From assembly GCA_012295275.1 (NCBI GenBank), contig CM022665.1, positions 47,802,001-47,866,000 on the forward strand: a DNA stretch of 64,000 bases. Direction: 5' to 3'. Within the stretch, counting starts at the first letter, position 1. Every line of letters begins with the position of its first letter. The stretch is from Chrysomallon squamiferum (taxonomy: Eukaryota > Animalia > Mollusca). Positions 27,416 through 40,500 of the stretch are shown piece by piece. The position numbers and the translations under genes are program-made. A model generated the notes under the pieces. That model was not told the origin of the DNA. It saw only the letters and a list, made by a program, of their open reading frames with translations, and did no database searches.

Positions 27416-27451
<36 letters not shown>

Positions 27452-28637
27452 ATAATAATAATATCAGTAAATAAAATAAAACCAACAAATGTTTGTAACT
27501 TTAAGATTTGAGAAAGAACAGAAATGGTTGTTAACGTGATAATCACTGAAATCTGTTTTGATCATATGACCGTGTGTAAGAAAAATATATTGTTAATGTT
27601 TGTTTACTTTTATCCAGCCTTGAAAAAATCATTCCAAAATGTGACTGTATTTCCTCCATTTAAACAGGTAACATACTGTTTAAATCCATTTCACAATGAA
27701 AATTTACAAATAGCTTAAGTTAATAACAACTCCGAATTATTTTACAAATACAAGTGCATCAACAGAGTACTTTTTATGTTTAAAAAGTTATCACAAGAAA
27801 AAAAAAAAAAAAAAAATTAAAAAGGGTTTTAAAAATTTCATTTTAATTACGAAAAACATTCATAACTAACATATTTTCACTATAAAAACTGGCAAATTTT
27901 TAAATACCACACTATGATGTGTTTACACTTTTCGTTATTTTCTTTCTTTTGTAGTAACTTTTGTTGTTTATTATTATCATTTAAATGCATTTCCTAATTT
28001 GTACATAATTATATTTAAACTATTGATTCCTATATTTTTCTCTTCATTTTTTTTTAATGGTAATTATGTTGAATACTTACAACTTCAATTGTATGTGTTA
28101 ACAATGAATTAATAATATATGCAGTTAATGTACATTCATATGCAAATCACAATATTAAAAAACTGAAAAACGACGGCACTGCTAGTGGTAAATTTTTAAC
28201 AAAGAAGGGCAGCTATTATCGAGACTGGATTACTAAATGTGACGAGTTACTTCCCTTGATCTCAGTAGTCGATATTTTTATTTATTTATTTTTTTAAATG
28301 TGAGGAAAACGTATTTCTTTTGTTGCTCATTTTGTTTTGTTCTGTAATTTCATTCCCAACATTTTCGGTTTTTTTTTTTAATTAAATAAACTGATTTTTG
28401 TTGTCAACAGAACTGCTCAAAATGTGGCCCAGGATAATAAACGTTTCAGTTTTAAAGCATAATGTGTAAATTTGTGTGAATGCTGCCTGGTTTTTTGTTT
28501 TTGGATTTCGTCATTTGATCACCCTGTCCGTTAGCTAGCTGAGTGAGATGTAACAACCGAGGATTGTGAATAAACTATATCAACAATTTACTTTTGTTTT
28601 CTTCTTATTTATTTATTTATTTATTTATTTATTATTA

Positions 28638-28697
<60 letters not shown>

Positions 28698-28729
28698 AAG
28701 AAATAAATATTTTATTGCAGGATATTTTC

Positions 28730-29118
28730 TTTCGATCATTACATCATCAGATCCATAACTGAATAGCTAACGATTACGTCTCCAATATCAGTAATCGATG
28801 ACGTTTTCTTGAAAGATATTTTCATAAAAAATTTGATGAACTTCTCCTTGATAAATAATAAAAAATCGGAAGTGAGGTTGTAGCAAGATATGAGTACTAC
28901 GTCATCAAACTAAGTTTGTTTAAAAAGATGGTTCAAATGGACAGACAGAAGGACATTTTTGAACATCACACTTTGCTGACGCTTTGCACTCTCACGACCA
29001 GCCCAGCAAAATCTCGCAAAAATTCGCGAGAGACAAATGGGTTATTTGCTCGTACCTAATGGCTATACAAAACTGAATTCGTAACGCTTAGGTTGAACAA
29101 AATATCAATTAAAAATAA

Positions 29119-29164
<46 letters not shown>

Positions 29165-30130
29165 GGATTATTAATCAGACACATTTATATCCTCCTGTTG
29201 TTAACGCTTCAGAATAATGAAATCAAAATGTCAGACGTTAAAATTGTTTTAGTTATTCTCAGTTTTAATTTCTGACAATGTAACAACGGTTATTAAAGAC
29301 TGTCCGACAGGCAGACAATGATGCCATTATTATGCTCATTTTGATAAAGATGTTTAGTATGTATGCTTTAATAAAGTGTTGTTAGCAAAGTCCTACTGTA
29401 TATAGGTATTTCAGAATGAGGCCCTGACGTCAAACCGGTTTGGTCAAACAAAACACCTGCGTAATTCTTTGTAGTAAACAAATTGTCGGTTAATTCTCGA
29501 CATATTATGTGAAGACAACATTGTTAATTTTAAGGGATGAGTTGATTTAATAAAAACGCCTTGTTCTCCATTACAACGCAATGAAAATCATTGAAACTGT
29601 TTCCGTTTCGCTTGGTCACATCAAATTCTTCGTCAAACGGAGAGTCGCTATAGCGTCTGACGTATTGTCGTAGAACTGAGCGTCGTCAAAGTCTGATCGT
29701 TCGTTCGTTGTTGCTCGGGAAATCGTCAATCAACGACAAACTATTCAGTGACCTGTGAACTTTAATTTTGAAAATATAGTGACAGTATCAAATAATTTCC
29801 GACCTCTGACTTTTCATAAACCAGTTTTGAATTTCTGTCAGTGGACTGAACAGTTAACACTTGATTATTCTTTGAGTTCGAATAAAACGTCAATTAGGTT
29901 TTTTTTAACTTTCAGTTTATAAAAGATGTTAAGTCTTTATATGAGTTGTTCTTTTGTTTTGGATTTATGAATTCATGTTAACTGTCTAGTGGATTGGAGC
30001 TTAAATTAACTTTATACCGAGTTAATAAAGCCTGAAATCTGAATAGTTTATTATTTTGTGATGGGACGAAGTTTGATTCCATCACTGACATACAAGTTTT
30101 GATAGCACTGAAAAGCCAGCTCCGTCAAAT
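28730..30130. promoter_or_regulatory. CpG-enriched promoter-like block upstream of copy 2 (duplicated at about 35700-37200)
   Basis: Contains ETS CGGAAGTG, TCGCGAGA, CRE TGACGTCA (29425; 36466) and GTTTCCGTTTC (29599; 36641). Absent upstream of copy 1. Confidence 0.45.
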
Positions 30131-30531
30131 GAGTATTTACATGTTGATTCTGTCAAAGATGTATTATATAAAAATTATTATTTAAACTTTCTTCGTAACA
30201 TGTTTTTTTTTAGCTATAATTTTTTAAAGATTTAAAAACTTTTTATTCTTATTCTAGGGCACTGCAGGTTTTAGCAAATTTTATATCAAGTTATTTTCTG
30301 TTTATTTTGTGACAAGTATTATCATTATCTTATCATTGAAGCAACCGAAAAGATATCACCTCTCGGTTTATTTCGACTGATGACGAAAAAAGCCGAATTT
30401 TCTTTAACTGGTTTCCCTCCTGAAGTTTCCCCGCACATGATCCGATCTATTTGAAAACAACTTTGTTTTGATCCCGGAAACAAATATACATTAGTCTTTA
30501 CAACAGGACGCCACAAAAACAGTATCTTTAA

Positions 30532-33500
30532 ATGCCTCTAGACATACCATTAACTGAAATAACTCTTGATCGTGGAGACACAGGTACAGTTTCCATAAAA
30601 CCGGCACATTTTAATTCCATTTACCAGTATTGTGTAACTGTATCAGGATAAACGGTAACTGAGTAAGGTCAAAATTTAGTTTCGCTACGTGCTATAGTTA
30701 CCGGTTAGTGATAAGATTTTAAGAAAAAAACCCCAAACAACAGTAAACAATCAGACTTTGATTCGGACAGATAATGAGTAAATTTTAAATACTCATGGAT
30801 GACTCTGAATGACAAAATCCATTAATTTATATGACTTAATGCAATGTGCGGAAGTACAAAATGAGAAATGGGTCAGTTTGACATTCCTGAACATGTCTAC
30901 TTTCAGGTTCAGAACCTCAGTTTCACTAAATAAAATCATTTTTTTAAGAAGTTGTTTTTACTAACGCCACGTTTGAATACGCTTTCTCCTAAAAGTCCCT
31001 GGGCTTTTAGCCCTTATCAACACCCGTTTTGTTTACACCATCGGTAAAATATCGCATAGGAAACTGACCTACATTACTTCCCGCATACTATTTCGTAAAA
31101 AACCCCATCTAGTTGATACACGACAATGCAGAGCAAGTAAGCAAAGCGACACTGTTGCGAGAATCGATCCTGAAAATTGACTGCTTGTCAATTACCTTCG
31201 TCTTTGTTTGTATCAGCACCTTCGATACGAAAACTTTTTGTTTTGGGCAATAAAGCTCGAACACATTTTAGACGGTAAACATGCAACTGCGCGCTTGTCC
31301 CTGAGTAAATGGCTGTGTGTTTTAAGTTTACAAGCAAGAGTAGAAAAATAAATAATAGGGTCTAAACATGATTCTCTTCTTATTTTTGCATTGTTCTCAT
31401 TTTCCGTCTTTCCGTTTGCATCAGAAACTTATATGACAATCTCTCAGAAACAATTAAATTTTAATTAAACTTGGCACATTTTTACATTTGTGTGTTGTTG
31501 ACATTAAAATAAAGAGATTTTTTTATTCTAAGGATCGACTGCTTTAAAGGGTATACTATTTAAAAAGAAAGAAGAGGGAAAAAAGTAATCAGAAAATAAA
31601 CTTAATAAGTATGAGCAAATGAATCTCTCTTTGTATTGTTAACATACATAAAATGTACACTTCTGCAGAAAACTGTTCTCCTATCATGTATAAGAACCTG
31701 ATATTCCGACTGTTTGTGTTGGTTTCCATGGCAACGACAACCCCATAAACTTGAACAAATTGCATTTTTGCAATTAGGTTAATAGTATTATCATTTACTA
31801 TCTATGAACCTTGCTTTCTTTAGGTATTCTAAAAATTTATTTTAAATATTTGTAGTTTTCATTAATGGCATTGGTGAGCTGGGTAATTATAAGACAAATG
31901 AGAACACATTAAGCGACATGTCTGTGATGTTTGTATATATACATGTATATGGACTGTCTCGCACATGGAGGAAACAACATAAAACGAAAACGCGGAAGCA
32001 GCTCTGTGTCAAGGACATCTTCAACGCGCGAACTTGAAGTTGTTTTACAAATGATCTATAGACATTACCTATTGTCAGAAAGAGAAAAATCACCGAATTT
32101 CTTGATTATTGAACGCACATTTACTTAAAAAACAAAACAAAAAAAACAAAAAAAACATGGTATTTATGAGCTTTGATCACCCATTCATCGTCTGGGACAC
32201 ATCAGTTATATCAAGAATTCCAAAGATTCCAAATCATGTAGGGTTTGTATTTGACAGCCTATTATCTGTCAGTTTCTGAATAATGATTGTCCAGTGGAAA
32301 CATAATGATTGACTGCTTATCTAAGACTCGACTGTCTGTCAGTTTTTCTAGCTGGTCTTTAAGCTTTATGCCTGTGCCTTGGATTTTGGCACCCTTGACT
32401 GAAGGCCTGTCTTGTGTGAGTTTCAGTTTGTGTCTAGTATGAAAATGAAGATTCAGTGCATTTATTTTCTTGGCACTTTATTTTATATTGCTCTTGAATG
32501 GCTTGAGTACAACATGAAATAAATCCACAAACATCTTTCTATTCATCTTTTGATTTCTTTATTCACGGTTCACTTGTTTGAAGACACCGATTAGTTAAAT
32601 TTCAGATAATAGCTGATAATGGCTAAATATATATATATATTTTTTTACAACAGATGTTTAGTACATGTCCTTGATGTGATGTATTACTTCATTTGCTTTT
32701 AGAAATCAAATTTAATTCACAAGCAGAATGTGAATTGTAACTTATAGTGAAAATATTTTATCTATACATAATTATATGAAGGACAGAAAATACAGACATT
32801 TTCAAAAGTAATTAATAGTTATTGTAGATTGCAGTTGGACTGCACATACTTACTGAAAAATCACTGACTAAGTTAATAAATATTAAATAAATATTTATTT
32901 ATTAGTTGTCACATAAACTGTTTGTTTTCATTATGCTGGTAGACTCAAGGTTTATGATTAATAATGAATATAATTATTTAAAATTGTTTTACAGGTCTTG
33001 GGTTCTGTATAAGAGGTGGTATAGATACTCCACATCTGCCTGTAGATCCTGGCATTTTTGTCACAGAGATAAAACCAGTTGGAGCAGCATTTAGAGATGG
33101 CTGTTTGAAAGAAGGAGACAAAATAGTAGAGGTACTTTAACTTCTGCCAGATTTAAATTTGAAAGGATTTATTCAGTTCTTTATTGCATAAAATCTTATT
33201 CTTTATTAACACAGGTAAGAAGTTTTTAGGGACATATAATACTAATTTAAACAATATAGGGTTTTGTCAATTTTAAAATGTATATTGTAAAATAAGTTGG
33301 AGTATTTACATACTCCAGTAATAACTCCAGTCACAAAAACACAAATGTAACTGAACTTCAGAAAATTTAATTAAATTACTTTTATGTTAATAATATAAAT
33401 TTTTGTTCATTATTATTTTTTTTTCATTTCACAAATTATAAGATATATCAGAATATAACAGAATTAAGGTTTTAATGTGAATTTTTCATTATTCGGTTTT

Positions 33501-34571
33501 ATTTCACATTTATCAGAAGTGATAGAAATAATTTGAAACTTTTATTTTGAAAATGAATACCAAATATTTATAATTTAACCTTCTTCTTCATCATCACCAT
33601 CATCTTCTTTTGCTTATTGTTATTGTTAGTATTACATCTGATATTTATTATATATATCTTTTTCAGATCAATGAAAGGAACTTGGAGCGAGTGACTCATG
33701 ATGAAGCTGTAGAATTATTTCGTTCATCAGGAAATGTGGTGCGTCTCAAAGTGCAGTGTGGAGCAGAAGCAGCCATACTTGTGAGATTTTTATTTTTTTT
33801 ATTTTACATTTTTAAAAATGTTTTATTTTTCTTTTGAATAAAATTGAAACTGGTATCATTAAATATCACGAAGAAGTGAAAATATCCAGTGTCTAGTCAG
33901 AAGTTTAATTAGTAATGAATTTAAAAATGTTTGTTATAGCCATTACTTCATTATGTAAATAAACATAAGAGTGTGTTTGTGTGTTAAAAGTAATGGGTAG
34001 GAAACTGAATACTGGGAGATCAATTCCTCATGAATAAGTAGCAGTCAGTAGTTGTTTTTTTTTGTTGTTTAAGTTTGTTGTTGTTGTTTTTTGTATAGTT
34101 GAGGGAACAAAATGGTGGAGGGTTATAACAAGGGGAGGTGGATAGACAGGGAGAATGAAGGAAAAAAAAATAGTAATCAGACATGGCTTGAGTTGTTTTA
34201 ATTATTTGTTTATTTATTTATTTATTTACAGGCTGAAATAGAAGATACAAAATGCAGTTTATAGTTCTTTTTTGTTTGCTTGTTATTTGTTCTTATGGTT
34301 TTTGTATGTTTGAGGGAAGAAAGTAGTAGAGGGTTATAACAAGGGGGGAGGTGGGTAGACAGAGAGGAAGAAAGGGAAGAATAAGTAATTAGAGAAGTCT
34401 TGATTTTTTATTTTTTATTTACAGGCTGAAATGGAAGACAGAAAACACCCAGTCTTGCCTTCTCGGGCAGGGCCGAAAAAGTCTAAATTTCATATTATCT
34501 GGTTCATGCTTGGCTTTTTAAGTACAACTGGACTAGCATACTTTGTCTACTGGCGCATCAGACAAAAGTAG
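30532..34571 (+). CDS. SYNJ2BP: SYNJ2BP paralog, copy 2 (149 aa)
   Basis: Exons 30532-30583, 32995-33131, 33667-33780 and 34425-34571 give an intact frame. Key segments [21 protein letters not shown]; tail YWRIRQK. Confidence 0.88.
30722..32565. mobile_element. About 1.85-kb insertion in intron 1 of copy 2 (shared with copy 3, about 37775-39620), probably nested transposon-derived DNA
   Basis: Absent from copy 1 intron 1, whose flanks rejoin directly. It has an internal CTTTAA/TTAAAG junction (~31540) reminiscent of TTAA-targeting elements. Confidence 0.45.
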
Positions 34572-35380
34572 ACTTTAGTAGTTTGTAGAGTTTTTGTTAT
34601 TTTTATGTCCACCATTTCAAGTGTTCAGTCAAAATGCAGAATTACCAGTAATCAAAATAGACACGTACCAACGAAGTCTTGTTTCTGCTTTTGTAGCAGA
34701 TAAACATGTGGTTTTTTTTATTTTGGTCTATCTTCATTAAAGCTGTGGTTATTATTATCATTTAAATGTATTTCTTAATTTGTACATAATAATATTTAAA
34801 CTATTGATTCCTAATTTTCTTTTAATTTTTAATGTTTTAATAGTAATTATGTTGAGTTAATAATATATGCAGTTAATGTACATTCATATGCAAATCACAA
34901 TTTTAAAAACTGAAAAACGATGGCACTGCTAGTGGTAAATTTTTGATACAGGAGGGCAGCAATCATCGAGACTTCGATTACTAAATACCTTGTAGATTTT
35001 TAAAAAAAATTAATTAAAAAATTGTATTTATTATTATTGATTTTAAATGTGTCCGAAACGTATTTTATTTGGTTTCTCATTTTCTTTTATTCTGTCATTT
35101 ATTTCCCAATGTTTAATTTGTTATTTTGAAAATTAATGTTTGTTATTTTGTTTTTTCGTATAAAGAAACTGATTCTTATTTGTCAACAGAATTGCTCAAA
35201 TTTGCCTCTGGATTAAAAATAAGCATGATGTGTAAGTTTGTGTGACTGCTGCCTGGTTTTTTGTTTTTTTATTTCGTCATTTGATCACTCTGTCCATTAG
35301 CCAGTTGAGTGAGATGTTAGAACTGAGGACTGCGAATAAACTATATCAACAATTTACTTTTGTTTTGTTCTTATTTATAC

Positions 35381-35421
<41 letters not shown>

Positions 35422-37584
35422 TTAATGAAATAAATATTTTATTGCTCTCTCTCTCTCTCTCTCTTGAAACAAGTTATGTTAAAAATTCATTGATTCATAC
35501 ACCTGCGTACAGAAACAAACGAATATGCACACCATTTACATTCAGTGTTTATTAAATCAATTTATTTAGTTTAAATACATTTCAGAGAAAGATAATTATC
35601 TGTTATTTATTTATTACAAAAATTGTCTTTTTATTTTATTATTATTTTTTCAAAACTAAAAAAACATGGGCTTTTTCACAACACGATGGTCAAATCCATA
35701 AAATTTCCGATCATTATATCATCAGTTCCGTAGGTGAATAGCTAACGATCACGTCTGCAATATTTCCTAACCACAAAAACATCGCTCGCAACCATAACTT
35801 TTTTTTTTTTTTTTTTTAAATTAAGCACAATAGCAGTTAATAAGCATACCTCTTCTGCGAACATCCAAGATTTTTCCAGTGATGGATGACGTTTTCTTGA
35901 AAGATATTATCATAAAAAATTTGATGAACTTCTCCTTGATAAATAATAAAAAATCGGAAGTGCGGTTGTAGCAAGATATGAGTACTACGTCATCAAACTA
36001 AGTTTGTTTAAAAAGGTGGTTCAAATGGACCGACAGAAGGGAATTTTTGAACATCGCACTTTGCTGACGCTTTGCACTTTGCTGACGCTTTGCACTCTGA
36101 CGACCAGGCAGCAAGGATCTCGCAAAAACTCGCGAGAGACAAATAGGATTTTTGTTCATACCTAATGGCTATGCAAAAAAGAGAGAAGAAAAAAAAAAGA
36201 AGAAAGTAATAATAATAATAGGATTATTAATCAGACACATTTATATCCTCCTGTTGGTAACGCTTCAGAATGAAGAACTCAAAATGTCAGACGTTAAAGT
36301 TGTTTTAGTTATTCTTAGTTTTATTTCTGATAATGTAACAACGGTTATTAAAGACAATGATGCCATTATTATGCTGATTTTGATAAAGATATTTAGTGTG
36401 TATGCTTTAATAAAGTGGTTGTTAGAAAAGTCCTACTATAATATAGGTATTTCAGAATGAGTCCCTGACGTCAAACCGGTTTGGTCAAACAAAACACCTG
36501 CGTAATTCTTTGTAGTAAACAAGTTGTCGGTTAATTCTCGACATATTATGTGAAGACAACATTGTTAATTTTTAAGGCAGGAGTTGATTTAATAAAAACG
36601 CCTTGTTCTCCATTACAACGCCATGAAAATCATTGAAACGGTTTCCGTTTCGCTTGGTCTCGCATCAAATTCTTCGTCAAACGGAGAGTCGCTGTAGCGT
36701 CTGACGTATTGTCGTAGAACTGAGCGTCGTCAAAGTCTGATCGTTCGTTCGTTCTTGCTCGGGAAATCGTCAATCAACGACAAACTATTCAGTGACCTGT
36801 GAACTTTAATTATGAAAATATAGTGACAGTATAAAATAATTCCCGACCTCTGACTTTTGATAAACCAATTTTGAATTTCTGTCATTGGACTGAACAGTTA
36901 ACACTTGATTATTCTTTGAGTTTGAATAAAACTTCAATTAGGTTTTCTTTAACTTTCAGTTTATAAAAGAGGTTAAGTCTTTATATGAGTTGTTCTTTTG
37001 TTTTGGATTTATGAATTCATGTTAACTGTCTAGTGGATTGGAGCTTAAGCTAACTTTATACCGAGTTAATAAAGCCTGAAATCTGAATAGTTTATTATTT
37101 TGTGATGGGACGAAGTTTGATTCCATCACTGACATACAAGTTTTGATAGCACTGAAAAGCCAGCCCCGTCAAATGAGTATTTACATGCTGATTCTGTCAA
37201 AGATATTATAGTATATAAAAATTATTATTTAAACTTTCTTCGTAACTTTTTTTTTTTAACTATAATTTTTTTAAAGATTTAAAAACATTTTATTCTTATT
37301 CTAGGGCATGATGGGAACTGCAGGTTTTAGCAATTTTTATATCAAGTTATTTTCTGGGTTTTTTGTGACAAGTATTATCATTATCTTATCATTGAAGCAA
37401 CCGAAAAGATATCACCTCTCGGTTTATTTCGACTGATGACGAAAAAAGCCGAATTTTCTTTAACTGGTTTCCCTCCTGAAGTTTCCCCGCACATGATCTG
37501 ATCTATTTCAAACAACTTTGTTTTGATCCCGGAAACAAATATACATTAGTCTTTACAACAGGACGCCACAAAAACAGAATTAAA

Positions 37585-40500
37585 ATGCATCTAGACATAC
37601 CATTAACTGAAATAATTCTTGATCGTGGAGACACAGGTACAGTTTCCATAAAACCGGCACATTTTAATTCCATTTACCAGTATTGTGTAACTGTATCAGG
37701 AATAACGGTAACTGAGTAAGGTCAAAATTTAGTTTCGCTACGTGCTATAGTTACCGGTTAGTGATAAGATTTTAAGAAAAAAACCCAAACAACAGTAAAC
37801 AATCAGACTTTGATTCGGACAGATAATGAGTAAATTTTAAATATGACTTTGAATGACAAAATCCATTAATTGATATGACTTAATGCAATGTGCGGAAGTA
37901 CAAAATGAGAAATGTGTGTCAGTTTGACATTCTTGAACATGTCTACTTTCAGGTTTAGAACCTCAATTTCACTAAATAATTTTTTTTTTTTTTTTTTAAT
38001 TTTTTTTTTACTAACTCCACGTTTGATACGGTTTATCCCAAAAGTCCCTTATCAACACCCGTTTTGTTGACACTATCGATAAAATATCGCATAGGAAACT
38101 GACCTACATTACTTCCCGCATACTATTTCGTAAAAAACCCATCTAGTTGATACAAGACAATGCAGAGGAAGTAAGCAAAGCGACACTGTTGCGAGAATCC
38201 GACTGCATGTCAATCGCCTTCGTCTTTGTTTATATCAGCACCTTCGATACGAAAACTTTTTGTTTTGAGCAATAAAACTCGAACACATTTTAGACGGGAA
38301 ACATGCAACTGCGCGCTTGTCCCTGAGTGACTGGCTGTGTGTTTTAAGTTTACAAGCAAGACTGTAAAATAAATAATAGGGTCTAAACATGTCTGTCTTC
38401 TTATTTTTGCGTTTTTCTCATTTTCCGTCTTTCCGTTTGCATGAGAAACTTATATGAAAATCTCTCAGAAACTAAAATGAAAATCTCTTAGAAACTATCT
38501 ATTCGTTTTTGATGAAATTTGGCACATTTTTTACATTAGTGTCTTGTTGACATTACAATAAGGAGATTTTGGTGATATGTTTGATAATTTTCACTTTATA
38601 AGGGTTGATTTCTTAAAAGGGCATATTATTTACGAAAAAAAAAAAAAAAAAAAAAAACCAACAACAAAAATAAAAATCTTACTCAGATAATAAACTTAAT
38701 AAGCATGAGGAAATGATACTCTCTTTTTAGTATTGTTAACATATATCAAATGCACACTTCTGAGAAAACTTTTCCTCAATGTTGTATAAAATCGTAATAT
38801 TACGACTGTTTATGTTGGTTTCCATGGCAACGACAAGCCCCATAAACCTGGACAAACAGCATTTTTGCATTTTTATCTCTCATTTACTATCTGTTATAGT
38901 TGGTTTCTTTAGCTATTCTAAACTTCAAAATTTATAATTTTTGTAGCTGTCATTAATGGCACTGGTGAGGTGGGTAATTATAACACATTAAGCGACATAT
39001 CTCTGATGTTTGTATATATTATATACATGTATATTGACTGTCTCGCACATGGAGGAAACAACATAAAACGAAAACGCGGAAGCAGTTCTGTGTCAAGGAC
39101 ATTATCAACGCGCGAAGTTGTATTAGGAGTGATCTACAGACATTACGTATTGTCAGAAAGAGAAAAATCACCGAATGTCTTGATTATTGAACGCATATTT
39201 ACTTAAAAAAACAACAAACAAACATGGCATTTATGAGCTTTGATCACCCATTCATCGTCTGGGACACATCAGAGTTATACCAAGAATTCCAAAGATTCCA
39301 AATCACGTAGGGTTTGTATTTGACGGCCTATTATCTGTCAGTTTCTGAATAAATGATCATGATTGACTGCTTATCTAAGACTCGACTGTCTGTCAGTTTT
39401 TCTAGCTGGTCTTCAAGCTCTTGCCTGTGCCTTGGAATATGGCACCCTTGACTCAAGGCTTAAGGCGCCTGTCTTCTGTGAGTTTGTGTCTAGTATGAAA
39501 ATGAAGTTTCAGATCATTTATTTTCTTGGCACTTTATTTTATATTGCTCTTGAATGGCTTGAGTACAACCTGAAATAAATCCACAAACATCTTTTAATTC
39601 ATCTTTTGATTTCTTTATTCACAGTTCACTTATTTTAAGACACTGATTAGTTAAATTTCAGATAATAGCTGATAATGGCTAAATATATATATTATTTTAC
39701 AACAGATGTTTAGTATATATCCTTGATGTGATGTATTACTTCATTTTAGAAATCAAATTTAATCCACGAATTTAATACATTATTTTGTGAAGAATAGAAA
39801 ATACTGACATTTTCAAAAGTAATTAATAATTATTGTAGATTACAGTTGGACTGCACATTCTTATTGAAAAATTATTGAAGAAATGATAAAATATTAAATA
39901 AATATTTATTGGTATTATTATCAAAAGCTGGTCTCATAAACTCATTTCACTACGCTAGTAGGCTCAAGTTTTATGATTAAAAATGAAAATAATTACTTAA
40001 AATTGTTTTACAGGTCTTGGTTGTGTATGAGATGAGGTATAGATACTACACATTATACTGGTAGACTCAAGTTTTATGATTAATAATGAAATAATTATTT
40101 AAAATTGTTTTACAGCTCTTGGGTTAGGTATAAGAGGAGGTATAGATACTCCACATCTGCCTGTAGATCCTGGCATTTTTGTCACAGAGATAAAACCAGG
40201 TGGAGCAGCATTTAGAGATGGCCGTTTGAAAGAAGGAGACAAAATAGTAGAGGTACTTTAACTTCTGCCAGATTTAAATTTGAAAGGATTTATTCAGTTC
40301 TTTATTGCATAAAATCTTATTCTTTATGAAACACAGGTAAGAAGTTTTTAGGGACATAAAATACTAATTTAAACACTATAGGGTTTTGTCAATTTTTAAA
40401 TGTATATTGTAAAATAGGTTGGAGCATTTACATACTTCAGTAATAACTTCAGTCACAAAAACACAAATGTAACTTTGAACTTCCCAAAATTTTATTAAAT

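Noticed and set aside
31722-31735. RFX X-box GTTTCCATGGCAAC (also 38818-38831)
   Set aside because: Lies inside a probable transposon-derived intronic insertion, with no independent evidence of function.
36152-36460. 102-aa hydrophobic ORF in the duplicated intergenic block
   Set aside because: The paralogous copy at 29050-29420 has indels and stops, the start is not ATG, and the composition is AT-biased.
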